Source of the DNA: Marsupella aquatica
Taxonomy: Eukaryota; Plantae; Marchantiophyta
Assembly: GCA_973895155.1 (NCBI GenBank)
Contig: OZ316896.1
Location: 3,634,738 to 3,698,737 of the forward strand
Length of the DNA: 64,000 nucleotides
Direction of reading: 5' to 3'
The notes below the pieces were generated by a model that was not told the DNA's origin, did not search any database, and worked only from the letters and a program-made list of their open reading frames with translations. Shown here piece by piece: positions 13,238 to 25,412 of this stretch (positions within the stretch are counted from its first letter, which is position 1; each line of letters starts with the position of its first letter). Position numbers and translations under genes: made by a program.

Positions 13238-13376
13238 GCTCAGGGGTCTCATTATATGGATGTCTCCTCATCACCTGTGCTGTTTTTAGGTCTCCGATCC
13301 TCTAAAATGTAAGAAAAAAAATTATTTTTCAAACCCCTATAAAATTAGAATCTCAGTTGGAATATTCTTGGAATGT
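13238..13376. repeat. Dispersed repeat fragment, inverted copy at ~40715-40844
   Basis: GCTCAGGGGTCTCATTATATGGATGTCTCCTCATCACCTGTGCTGTTTTTAGGTCTCCGATCCTCTAAAATGTAAG... aligns with the reverse complement of 40715-40844. Confidence 0.7.
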
Positions 13377-16178
13377 ACAATGCCACCCCAGACTCTAATT
13401 GTAAACTTGAAACTAAGGAGAGAATTCAGGTATGGCATATTTGCATCTATAATATGCAATTAATCCAACCAAAACTCAAACTGTCTTCTAATAAACTCAA
13501 CAGGCTAGGTAAGACTGTTACATGAGTTCCGGAATGTTTGTCACATGCTTTCCAGGGTGTTTTATGCCATTGTTGGACTGTGTGCAAGGGGGTGCCCACA
13601 GTGGCTATTGTCTTGGGGAAGTGGGGGCTATGTGCAATAAGCTGCTAGGGGATATTAATTGTGCAACTTGTGTTACTATAATCATAAAACAAATCAGCCC
13701 AATAGGCCCTTGTCTCAGTAGTAGCCTTGCTGCCATCTAGCTCTGGCTTCAACTCTTGCCATAGCTCTTGCATCAACTCTCGCCTCAACTCTCCGCAGCC
13801 AATTTAATCCTATTATTTATCCCTGTTTTCAACTTGCAGCCGTCTGCCTGATTCAACAACCAGAGCTACTATTTGGATCCTTTAACCTTGCACAATTTGA
13901 AAACCTGGGAACATAGTCCCAAACTCTAAAGGCCAAAATTCAATAAAGGGGGAAAACAAAGGACAAATCCTTGACGACCTGCCAAAACGCCCCAAAAGCC
14001 CCCAAAAGAAGATTGTCAGACTTGGAAAGTACAATCTTAATGACAGTGGCACACTGGTCTGGAGTCAGCAGGGAAAGTCTACATGTAGGACTGCACAGAC
14101 CGATTCGCACTCAGATCACTCCTTCCTCCTTATATATATTATATGACGTTGACCCCTCAACTTCTTCCTGGTTATATGTAACCATTAAAAATGCACCCAC
14201 AATGCCTTTCACCACTCGATCCACAGGGTTCCTCGATTTTGGTCTCTTTTGATCAGTCGTACCTTCAGTAGTAGTACCTGGGGAGAAACAAGGGACTCTG
14301 CGAACTGACAGAGAAAGAACTGAGCCAATTTCCAATCATAACGAAGGACAACAGCTGAAGGCTGTCACCGCTTCAGATGACTAGCAGAGTCTCAACATTT
14401 GTCGGAGAGTTCTCTAGAGTCGGTAATACTGATTCAGTTCCGATATGAATCAGGTGCGATGAGCATCCGCAATGGGATTTTCGAACGTTCAGCTAGACTA
14501 CGCATGGGAGGCTTCGGAATCTACGTCGAGTTTATGTTGTGATGGTCTCAACTGCTGATCTTGAAAACTCGACTGGTTGGTGCTTGCGATTTTAATACAA
14601 ACAATTTCAATCTGACGCGAGATGTGACGATCCCTTCCTGCGGATGAGCCTCTTTGGACCCCGCTTTGGACCGTAAGTCTTTGCGTCGAACTCAAGTAAG
14701 TCACAGCCAGAGTCCTAGACCTGACCTCCTCAGTATTTTATCGGATCTGGCGCCGCAATCCATCTTCTTTCTTAGTTGTGGAGTACGATCGTTGCAGTCA
14801 GACCCATGCCACAGATCGATTCCAACCACAAACCAGGTCCTAGTTATAGCCTTGATCACGATTTGAGCAGTGCAAATGGCAAATACTGTAAAAGGCTGTG
14901 TTCTTTCATGAACGATGCGCCTCCACGTACCTTTCACTCCACCCACCTCGATCAGTCGACTATGGACACTGTACTTGTTTATCATTTCTTAAGTACTTGT
15001 TTACCGTCGACCACTTACCTCCTTGCCCCACCCCCTCCCCACCGCCCTCCCCCCCCCCCCCCCCTTCCCCTCGTCCCTAGAAAAATTCCATACTTCGGAA
15101 CTGACCAATTTTTACTCTACCGACACTGTGTCCCCCACCCCAGATAGCTTGTCGTGGGGTGGTCATGCATTGTTAGAAATTCAAGTTGTTAAACAAGTAA
15201 AAGAAATGATTAACGAATCAATATCAAGCGCGTGAGGACCCAAATGCGCCGTGGGATCAGCATTATTTGGAAGAAATTAGAATGGACTTGATATCCAGGC
15301 CAGCAAATCCAGTTAATTATTTGTAAGCCGTACGTTCTCCGGCCCGCAAACGAAATACTTGAAAGACATCCTAATGAGGTTAAGCTAACGTAGGTCAATC
15401 AAGAGAACAGGGACTTTCGCCGTGCCAACGACAAGCAGATCACTCTCTCCAGGTGTACCGATCACTCAGTGGAAGACAACTCGAGTGCTTCAATCGTCAC
15501 TACCTGGACGTGACCAGTGTTACGGACTATGCACAGGATGTGATGAGTGTGAGATACTACGGGAGGCTAAGACAGGTACTTGCAGCATAGACCCAATTTT
15601 CTAACTAGATCTGTTATATTGTGAATTAACACACTAAGATTTCATTATATTGTGAGTTAACACACTAAGATACTTGAAATGAATCACATAGTAGAAGGGA
15701 CGAGTGATCTCATTATATTGTGAGGCTCACAGACTTACACCCGCGGCAGTTTACATAAATGGAAACAATCAACTATTACACTTAGGAAAAAGATGGCAGT
15801 GGATCAGACAGAAAAGATAGAGTACTCCCGAATTTACTAGCTCTGTGACAATTCCATACGTTGTAATAATTGGAAGCCGGTGAATCCTCCAAAATGTGAA
15901 CTAACAAAGAGTTACTGTCAAACAATTCTAGCTCAACCCGTCGATGACACGAGTCAGCTAGCTTTAAAACACGCAGAGCTAACTTACTAAGTAGGAGCAG
16001 TTTGCTTTGTAGCCATAGGTGCAGAGCCCGAAAGGTACAAGTATCTCATTTACAGTGATGTCCTATGTAACGAACACGTCAACAGCGCCTCTCGAAAGGA
16101 GTTGGAAAGTTTTCGTGATTGACTCTGAAGTAGTGGAAATCGATCATGAGATATGTCCCCCTCAAACCTCATCACACC

Positions 16179-16380
16179 CTCTGTGATCTATAAAGTAAAG
16201 TAGATTCTTACCAAGTTTCTCCCACCATGTAGATTGACCCAGGAAACTACTTCGCAAAGGCTGTGTCACAGCCTTCATTACATTAATTGCAGGATCGCTC
16301 TGTGATGTATAAAGCAAAATAGATTCCTATCAAGCTTCTCCCACCATGTAGGTTGACCCAGGAAACTACTTGGCAAAGGT
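16179..16380 (+). repeat. ~120-bp tandem duplication in the GLP-c upstream region; single inverted homolog upstream of GLP-a (~8940-9060)
   Basis: CTCTGTGAT.TATAAAG.AAA.TAGATTC.TA.CAAG.TTCTCCCACCATGTAG.TTGACCCAGGAAACTACTT.GCAAAGG occurs twice; reverse complement near 9020 reads GTTTCTCCCACGGATGTAGATTGACCCAGGA. Confidence 0.8.
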
Positions 16381-16703
16381 TGAGAGGCTTCGTTACTTTT
16401 CATGATCCAGTTAAAAGACCAGTGTCTCACCTGCTCTTGTTGGGGTTGCGTTACTTTGGCAGTTGGGCACGCAGCCTAGACCGGACCGACGTCCATTCCA
16501 TCAATTGTTATCGCACCTGCTGTTAGAAATCGCACCACACTAGCCGTTCGATCATCTCGTAGAAATACCAATAATATAATACTGCCTACAATGTCGGATT
16601 AGGGGAAGGTGCGCTTGAGAGGCCAAGGGGGTGAACTTTCCTCCAATGCCCCTGCTAACTGCTCCGGGGACTCCTCTTTAATTACCGCGTAGGATGGAGA
16701 GAA

Positions 16704-16713
16704 TATATATAAG
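16704..16713 (+). promoter_or_regulatory. Putative TATA box of GLP-c
   Basis: TATATATAAG immediately before a leader that is homologous to the leader of GLP-a (8590-8745, reverse complement). Confidence 0.55.
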
Positions 16714-17077
16714 AGCTTCACTTCGTTCAACTCAAACATCACTCGCTCATGATCATAGTGAACCAGCTCCAGCTCACAGTTTAGCGTGCTCTCATTGTAG
16801 TTCGAGCTTATTTCCAGAAGCTCGCGCAATTTCTTCCACTTGAGAAACGGATACAACTTCCTTACAGTTTTGTCAAAATCTGTCTAGCCATCTTCAAGTC
16901 TTTCCAGCTGAAAGGTCAGCTGTGCTATGCTGTGATATTGAGCGCACAGACATAATTGCTGATCTACCTCCCATCATCGAAGCTAGCTTGTGTTGATCTC
17001 TCGCAGCCCAAAGCTTCAGTTGACCTGTCTGTAGGATTGAGCCTCCTTTGTCTGCAGTTGTATAATCGACAATATTA

Positions 17078-17788
17078 ATGGCTTTTCCAATTTCAGCCAG
17101 GCACCACCTCAGACTCTTTGTGACAATTATAGCCATGGCGGCAATTGCCATTGGAGTCGGAGCTTCTGATCCTGATCCGCTGCAAGACTTCTGTGTGGCG
17201 GATCTGCAAGCGGGGGGACCCAATGTGAACGGCTACCCCTGCAAGGCGGCAGAGTCCATCACAACTGAAGACTTCGCATTCGCAGGATTGGCTAACTACG
17301 CCAATCTCACTGGAAACCCCACCAACGGTAGTGCAACGTTCGGATTTGTTCGAGAATGGCCTGCACTTAACACATTGGGATTGGGTCTTGCTCGATTGGA
17401 CATCAACCCTGGCGGAATCATCATGCCACATACTCACAATTTGGCCACCGAGATCCTCTACTGCCTGGAGGGGGAGATCTACACCGGCTTCGTCACCAAT
17501 AGCGATAACCCTGCAGTCCCCAACAAGCTGTACGCCAAGATCGTCAAGAAGGGGGAAGCATTCATTTTTCCGAGAGGTCTGCTGCATTTCCAGCTCAACA
17601 AGGGAACTGTTCGAGCAGTGAGCTTGAACGTACTGAACAGTCAGAATCCTGGAATTCAACTGATGCCCGTGGCGTTATTTGGGGTTGGCATTGATCCTCA
17701 GCTTCTCGCCAAGTCCTTCTTTATCACAGAGTCGCAGGTGGCGAGCTTGGGAGGCGTCCTCTCGCGACTCGTCCATTCGCTAGCTTGA
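17078..17788 (+). CDS. Germin-like protein (cupin), intronless, secreted (GLP-c); inverted close paralog of GLP-a
   Basis: 236 aa with the same germin boxes and near-identical protein to 7695-8405; 5' and 3' flanks are also homologous. Confidence 0.96.
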   Translation: MAFPISARHHLRLFVTIIAMAAIAIGVGASDPDPLQDFCVADLQAGGPNVNGYPCKAAESITTEDFAFAGLANYANLTGNPTNGSATFGFVREWPALNTLGLGLARLDINPGGIIMPHTHNLATEILYCLEGEIYTGFVTNSDNPAVPNKLYAKIVKKGEAFIFPRGLLHFQLNKGTVRAVSLNVLNSQNPGIQLMPVALFGVGIDPQLLAKSFFITESQVASLGGVLSRLVHSLA

Positions 17789-18509
17789 TGAAATTAAGGT
17801 CAATTTTATCAAGGAGTTTGGGTACTGACATTAGTCCCGTGTTTCCTGACCGAATCCTAGCCTAGCCTCACCTCCTGGTCGGCCTGCCTCGGGTACTAGT
17901 TGTTGTCCGGTGCTCACCCCATTACCAATTTTGGTAATACCATTCACTCATTTATTCCCCATTCTTTTACGAGAGATGACTCTGGACAGGATCTTCACAT
18001 TTGAGGTAGAAGCGTAGTGTCCCATATCAATGGGTGTCTGCAATAATGTGAAGCGTAGGCTTTGATATGATCAATAAAACTTTGGCATCAGAAAATTTCG
18101 CTTGATTCATTTCGTCAAACTGATGTAAGAAAACATTCATATTGATCTAATGTGATCGCCTGAGCAAATGTGAAAATTACTCCATAAACTGATGGGAGAG
18201 CTTCCATGATGAACGCATATACCCAACATTGATGGTTCTGATGTGTATTTCAGTTGAACATGACATTTATGGTTCTGCCTAGTCTTACTGCCCGTGATAT
18301 CTTACAATTATTATTTTGCGGTAGATTTCGTCCATATGGAGGATAATAGTCAGCATCCAATAATCATGATGTGCCTCATTAATCACACGTGTTTCGTTGG
18401 CCATGGGACTGTATTTCAGCTAAATTATCGATCAGGGCTGTTTTGCAATGGCGCAAAAAAAATCGTCAGAAGCTGGCCATATTTACAGCACCTCGGACAA
18501 GCCTCATTG

Positions 18510-19480
18510 GTAACGCTGGACGATCTAGTATAGTGCCGACAACTGTTTGCTTTTTCTGGCAAGAAAGGTCGATAAGATGGCAACGTTAGAGGACCGGCTT
18601 CTAGCAACATTTTACCAGACTTAGCATGTCTGACATCTATCCTTGCAATAATTCGAGATACTTGCTTGGAAAGAACAGGCACTAATTTGACTTCAACTTC
18701 ACAGTGGGATAAAGCGGCTGCAAGTGGTTCTTGGCTTCTGATCTTAGGAGCAATCTCGACTATGGAACGCTGGACGAGAGTAGGGTCTGAAGATATCTTA
18801 AAGGATTTGAGCACACCTCAGTTTTGACCAATCATGCAGACCTTCCATGCAATTAGAGATATTCGCTTGGACAGGACGGGCATGAATTTGGATGGTTTAA
18901 GCAGGCCTCAACTTTACATGATTGAGATTAAACGGCCAGGAGCGGTTCTTGGCTTCTGACCTTAGGCGCAATCTCGACTATGGAACGCTGGATGAGAGTA
19001 GGGCGAGGAGTAGGGTCTGAAGATATCAAGTAGGATATATTTGAGCACACCTCAGTTTTGACCAATCATGCAGAACTTACTATCCTTGCAATTAGAGATA
19101 TTCGCTTGGAAAGAACGGGCATAAATTTGGATGGTTTAAGCAGACTTCAAATTCACAGTGCGATAAATACGGCTACAAGCGGTTCTTGGCTTCTGGTCTC
19201 AGCAGCGAATAAACTTAACATAAATTTAGCCATGTCGAGGACCCATCATCTATATGAAGGTGCATACTGTCGTCTAAGACAGAAGGGGGGTGCCTACTGT
19301 TATTATGGAGGTCTTCATCCAGCCTGGGTGATTTTCGGTCAGGACTCTCTTCGTTAGTTCAGTCATGCAACTGTCGTTGTTCTTACGATGAATAACGTTT
19401 TTTAGTACCCTGGAGAATTAAGTTCCCGAGACTAGAACCATCATGACATTTCATCTCGAGTGATGGATGGACTGAGTGTA
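18510..19480 (+). repeat. Tandem ~220-bp repeat block, copy B
   Basis: Direct copy of ~5715-6862, e.g. AACGCTGGACGATCTAGTATAGTGCCGACAACTG and GGAGAATTAAGTTCCCGAGA. Confidence 0.85.
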
Positions 19481-19501
19481 CCGATTCTGTACCGAAGAGT
19501 C

Positions 19502-19708
19502 CACTTCGTCCCACTCAAATATCACTCGGTCATGATCGTAGTGAACCAGCTCGAGCTCACAGTTCAGCGTGCTCTCATTGTAGTTCGAACTTATTTCCAG
19601 AAGCTCGCGCAATTTCTTCCACTTGAGAAAGGGATACAACCTCCTTACAGTATTGTCAAAATGTGTCTAGCCATCTTCAAGTGTTTCCAGCTGAAAGCTC
19701 AGCTGTGC
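19502..19708 (+). pseudogene. Orphaned copy of the GLP-c 5' leader, with no TATA box or CDS attached
   Basis: Close direct copy of 16719-16925 (ATAGTGAACCAGCTC...CTTCCACTTGAGAAA.GGATACAAC...CAGCTGTGC). Confidence 0.75.
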
Positions 19709-20262
19709 GGATCTCAAGGTCGCAATTCAGGTAAAGCACAAAATGCATGTGTGGACTGAGCCTTCGTTAAGGAAATCACAAGGGTATCCATCCGGCAGTC
19801 AAAAATCTTTAGTAAAACTTTCTCTTCATTCCAATGCTTCGTCCTTCATCCTCCTCCACCACTCGATGATGACGATGGTGGAGGCTGGGGGCATACTTTG
19901 ACATCCAAACAATATAACCAGATCAGAAGAATGATTACAGAATGCAGACGACTATACATCTGCACGAAGATTACTCATGACCGCCACGATCTGAGGGAGT
20001 ATCTAGTGAAGTTACAACAAACTAAGCGACTCTCTGAGCTAGCCCACGTTGGTGCCTGGAAAACCATGGCCGCGACTTCTGACAACTATCCCAAGAGCAT
20101 TTACACTACAAAACTCCTTATGAGCGAACCCGGAGCTGCTCATAACCGTCCCGATTTCCACCTGGAACGGACATCAATCTGTATTCTACACCTTCTATCC
20201 TTTTCATCATTAACGATTCATATACAAGAAGTAGTAATTTACTGTTCTACAAAATCATGGCA

Positions 20263-22026
20263 TTAAGGTTGAGGAGGCGAGACATAGGGATAGATTTGAT
20301 CGGCAGGTGGGGCAGAAGGGTAAGCATATTGGTCGTAATTGGCATTAAAGGGAGGGGCAGAAATGGCAGTATATAGATTATTCCCAGGCGTTGGGTACTG
20401 ATTATTGTGATAGGATGAAGAACCAAATTGTCAGGTAAGGAGGCAGAGGTACTGAGCCTACGTCGCTGTTGTTCAGTTCTTAGCATGGACTCGGCATCCT
20501 TTATATTCTTTTGCCTCTTCTCCCCTTGCTGGGCACTAATCTTGACAGCCTGCCCAAGTTGAAATATCGCCTTTGCTGCTCTCGCCCTGCACATCCACAA
20601 TAATAATTAGGATGTAACAAACAAACCAATGTGTCTTCAAGCATCAAGCAGATGCAATATAACACCGAACTCGGCTACGGCAGTATCTTACCTAGCATCA
20701 GGTGAGAAGTCAGTAGTAGCGGCCCATTCAACGGTTCGGGTTACGGCTTCTCTGTAGCAGCTTTGCATCTGATCCCAGTCCGTCTCAAATTCCTATAAAT
20801 ACACACAGGGTCTAGTTAACGAACGTGTGTAGTCCATTCCCACGAAAAAGAGCCACCTCACTACCGCAAACTTTTGGAGGTGCATGACGATACTTCTTCA
20901 TACAATTGCTCGTGGCAACTAATTGTACCAGAACAAAGCATTCAAATAAGAACATCTGCAGAACGTAAAACATGTAAAATGGGTTGCTGTTCTACCTCCG
21001 CACATATGAGCACTGCATAGTAAACATCATGCGCTAATGAATCTCGGTCATAATGATCCTTGCCCATCCTAGATTTGTTCAGGAAATCTTGCATCCCTCG
21101 TACAACAATATTTTTCTGAAAGTCACCGTATTTGAGTGTTCCTCAAGTAAGACCCCACCTAACACCGTAACCACATCAAGTGGGACAGTGCTCTTTTCTG
21201 GATCAGTCTGTAATCAACACACAAACCAAGCTCAGAAACCAAAGGAAAATTGCAATTTAAGTGGATCAAAAGAATTTGCATAACAGCTGACAGCACTTAA
21301 ATAGTGCAAATGCGATGGCATCGGAGGTCTCCTTCTTGAGATCAAAGTAGATTTCAGAGCACTTACCAGTCTTTTAGCAGACAACAGGGCAGCCGCTTGC
21401 AGCTCGTGCTTGTACCCAGCCATCATTAGATAGTAGAACCTTTGGAAGGCTGTCATTCAAACAGTCAATATCTCAATTTGATTGGTTACTTTGCTGCGAA
21501 GTAGTCCAAATGAACCAAAGGACATAAGTTTTAACAAAAGCACCATCACCATCGAAAAGGATCAGGGATTGCAATTTGAACCAAGAATTACAGCTCACGA
21601 TGGAGAATGAGCAACCACATTGACTGGCAGTCTAATTTAACTCAGTCCTGCAATTTTTTTGACAGGAAGACTGCACAAACTAGCACCAAACCAATAGATC
21701 AAACTAAATTACGATATTGAATAATATACACCAATCTGAGGTGATACGTCTGAGACGAAGTACCTATTGTCTAAGACCATATGTGAAAACCGAGAACGAC
21801 ACAGTGGGGATGGGTTTTTACCTAGTACAAGGTGATCGATTGGAGCCAAACCTTTCCCTTTGAGCTCAGTCAACACGCCCAATTCATGTTTGTTGGCATA
21901 TCCCTGACGAACCTTCTGAACGCCAGCGGAAATGGCAGACGCCACGGCTTTGCTCGCACTGAACATCATGCCCAATCCCTTCTTGGCAACCCCAAGAGCT
22001 GCATCTTGGGCCTGTTTGGACGACAT
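20263..22026 (-). CDS. Multi-exon gene of unknown function with apparent frameshifts (possible pseudogene)
   Basis: GT-AG exons 22026-21822, 21449-21367, 21207-~21000, ~20955-20860, 20792-20692, 20586-~20263 give a helical-looking protein (MSSKQAQDAALG...AFQRFYYLMMAGYKHELQ...EFETDWDQMQSCYREAV...ARAAKAIFQLGQ). Middle boundaries are uncertain and no family was recognised. Confidence 0.5.
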
Positions 22027-22825
22027 CCTGGCCTTCCCTTTATCCTGAGTAAATAAATGGCTCGCTGGCGCGTTCAATCGATCTGCTGTCTTTGAAACAC
22101 GGGCTAAGACCAGGCACCCTCGGAGAACTGCCGACCTAGGGCGTGATGTGATGCAGGGTTCTCTGCCACCGACTTTTCTCCGACAAAGTGAAGGACACCA
22201 AAATCATCGATAATAAACCACAGGACTCACGCCTTGAAGCCAAAGAACGCTGCGGGATGGAATTCGTGTTCCTGAGCACGACTCTAGAGGAACATTATCG
22301 TTTCAGTTCCCGTTTCCCTCTTCTCACACCAGATCCATATTTCCTCGACCATCCCTGCCCCGCCCGCATCGTCAATTGTTAGATCCCCATTTCACTGCGC
22401 AGCTTTGCCATCACGTCAATCCCCACCATCGCCTACTAGCAATCCACCCCAAACCGCCCTAAACGCCAGCACCAACATAGAATTGCAATGTGCTGTGCGA
22501 TCTACATCCAGAGATCGACACATTCCTCTTCGTTTTCAGGACATTCTTCGGGCCGTCATCCACAACAATCGAGAAAACAAAACGGTACAGCCTCCGAATT
22601 TTCCCCAGTCATCGGAGTGCTGTCGAGAATCAGAATCGGCAGCAAAGACTAGTATTGAATTGGCAGCAGCAAAGACTCTAGTATTGAATCGGCAGCAAGA
22701 GCATTGTGGCGATGGTGGCTCGGTGCCAAAGAATAGAAGCATGGCACAATTTCAAATCGTCATGGCTCTTGTCAACAGTCGACTCGTTTCACTCCTTTTT
22801 GCCCAAAAAATTTAGTGAACAATTT

Positions 22826-23473
22826 TGAACTTTCGGTGTTGTTAACAGGGGTCTCAAAGCTGAGAAATCACAGAGGTATTGAACTTTTTCACACCTTTTC
22901 ACAACTTTTTCACAAGGTTAATGTAAATGTTTTTTCAATTGTTTCGTTCACCCCCGCCTCTAACTGCAGAGCAAGGCCAGAGGGTCACTAAACACACATC
23001 ACCCTAAAACAACACACCCAAACAAACACCAAAAGTAGTCACCGATTGAGTGAACTTTCGGTGGTGTTAATTTGGGGATCTCAAAGCTGCGAAATTACAG
23101 AAAGATGGTATTGAGCCATTAATAACTTTTACACAACTTTATCACAAGGTCAGTGTAAATTGTTTTTCATTTTTTTCCCACATCACCCTAAAACAACACA
23201 CCCAAACAAACACCAAAAGTGGTCACCAATTGAGTGAACTTTGGTGGTGTTAAGAGGGGTCTCAAAGCTGAGAAATTACAGAACGATGGTATTGAGCCAT
23301 AAATAACTTTTTCACAAGGTTAATGTAAATTGTAGATTTTAATTTTTTCTTCCACCGCCCCCCCTCCCCCCCCCCCCCCCCCCCCCCCCTTCCCTTCTAA
23401 CTGCAGAGCAAGGCCAGAGGGTCACTAAACACACATCACCCTAAAACAGCACACCCAAAGAAACACCAAAAGT
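22826..23473 (+). repeat. ~200-bp tandem repeat, 3 copies
   Basis: TGAACTTTCGGTG(G)TGTTAA..GGGG(A)TCTCAAAGCTG.GAAAT at ~22826, 23051, 23235; CACATCACCCTAAAACA.CACACCCAAA.AAACACCAAAAGT three times. Confidence 0.9.
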
Positions 23474-23613
23474 AAAACCCAAGCAGGCCACCATGTCCAG
23501 CTGAAGGGAGAATCCCAGTATATAGCATCTCATCAACTTGCTTTACTTTTTGTCTTGTAGTGATATTAAGTGGACAAAATTAAAGAGTAAGACTAGAATA
23601 CATATTAAATGTG

Positions 23614-23813
23614 AATGAAATCAAATAATATAAATAAAGTACATGCAATAAAAACACATAGTGACCAATGGAAAGTATAATTTTATTACACAAAGTTGCT
23701 ACCAGTTGTACACAATGAAATCAAATAATATAAATAAAGCACATGCAATAAAAGCACATAGTGACCAATGGAAAGTACAATTTTATTACACAAAGATCCT
23801 ACCAGTTGTGCAC
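23614..23813 (+). repeat. ~100-bp AT-rich tandem duplication
   Basis: AATGAAATCAAATAATATAAATAAAG.ACATGCAATAAAA.CACATAGTGACCAATGGAAAGTA.AATTTTATTACACAAAG occurs twice. Confidence 0.9.
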
Positions 23814-25358
23814 GTATTTCAGTGTTTCTTATTAATGACTCTTATTCAATAAAAACCATAAACTTAGGAAATAAAGCCACAAGGGGAGCTTAAGACAGGA
23901 TGTGCTGACATTTCTTAGAATCATTACTTTCACTCATGAGTATATTTAAAAACGGTAGAAAATGAAGCCCTTAGTTTCTCTCTAGGACTTAACAAAGTTT
24001 ACAAATTATACAAATTAAGGGGGCTGTCAAAATAAATTCAAAACACTATAGAATACCAAAAATTTAAAGGGGTCCAAAAATGAATTAAAAGTCTATGCGA
24101 TACAAAGGATGCCCCTTGTTAAGGTACATTCAAATAAAAATTCATGATACACAAATATGAATAAGACAAAACATGAGAGTTGGATTCACAATATAGGAGC
24201 TTCAAAAATGAAGGGAGAATCCCAGTATAAACCTCATATCTACCCATCCAAGCCGCAGATCTAACAAATCAGCCATTAGCCAAACAGGGCAGGCCCATAG
24301 TCCCACCAGGCCAGACTTTCACTTATGCCCTTAAAGACACGTTGTACCCTAATCCTTGTTTTCTATCTCCACTCTCACTTTCAATTATGTCTTTAGAGTC
24401 ATTGTTGAGAGTCTTCACTCTAGACATTAGGCCCAGGGAGTAACTTTTGATTTGCCATATATTTTATTTATAAAGTGCAATAGAAACCTACTATTCAGGG
24501 CCATCGTCTAGAGTTAAGCCTCTAGACCTTGACTCTAAGGGGATAAGTGAAAGCTCATAAAGAAACACAGATGAGAACATAGATGAATGAGAAATAATAA
24601 GAAAAAAAATTGCAATAGTTTTTTGCTCTCATCTCTATTAATGTTCAATGAACGGGTAACTAGGCTAGTCTCATAGATTCCCAAGTAGAACTCCTATAGG
24701 GGTCTTTTGGAAAACTTGTAGCTTTTGATGGCAATTATATACTTATAGATTCTCTAGCAGAACTCCAGTGGGGGTCTTCTGGAAAACTTTGCGGCCTCAA
24801 TTGTACTACAATACCCAGGCATTTGTAAAATTCAAAAAGAGTGACGGTATTGTCAATTGGAACATCTTTAGTGGCAAAGTGATTGTTTTCATATACATAA
24901 TTTCTGTAGGAATGGAAGTTACCAATTAATAACCATCTTAGAAGGTCATATTTAAAGGTACCTGCCATTCCCATAATCCATTGCCCAGAAGTAACCTTTT
25001 TCCGGACTCATACCCCAAAGGTGGTCTAGGCAAGGGTTCTAACCTAAACCATGTTCCCGGAAAGCTCAAAAAAGCTCCCTGGTTGCCGTTGGTCAGATTT
25101 TTTCACTTTCTGGTCACAAGTTAGTGACCCTAGACCAGACCCCATTATCCTATACTTGAATGCATTATGGGGAAGTTAAATGATCACCCATCACAGGTTT
25201 CCGGGCAATAGATTTATGTATCCACAAATGATTATTGAGTACCTACAACACCCCTTACTACTAGTCCCACTTGGTGAAATCAGAAGCCACAAAAATGGCC
25301 TGATTTTCGAGCATCCTGACCATCCATCTTCGCGGATCCTCAACATCCAGGGCCTCCT

Positions 25359-25412
25359 CTAAACCCTAAACCCTCGTCGAGCATTCGCACCCTCTCGACC
25401 TCCAAACCCTAG
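25359..25412 (+). promoter_or_regulatory. Telo-box elements upstream of the RRF gene
   Basis: CTAAACCCTAAACCCT and AAACCCTAG 110-160 nt before the ATG; telo-boxes are typical of plant translation-machinery promoters. Confidence 0.65.

Noticed and set aside
7896-17659. ORFs antisense to the three GLP genes (157, 99, 188 aa)
   Set aside because: Their similarity just mirrors GLP conservation; non-ATG starts and no independent signal.
16599-19639. Twin minus-strand ORFs MYPFLKWKKLRELLE...
   Set aside because: Non-ATG starts; a by-product of the duplicated GLP leader.
25359-25412. Interstitial telomere array
   Set aside because: Only 2-3 units in a promoter position; better explained as telo-boxes.
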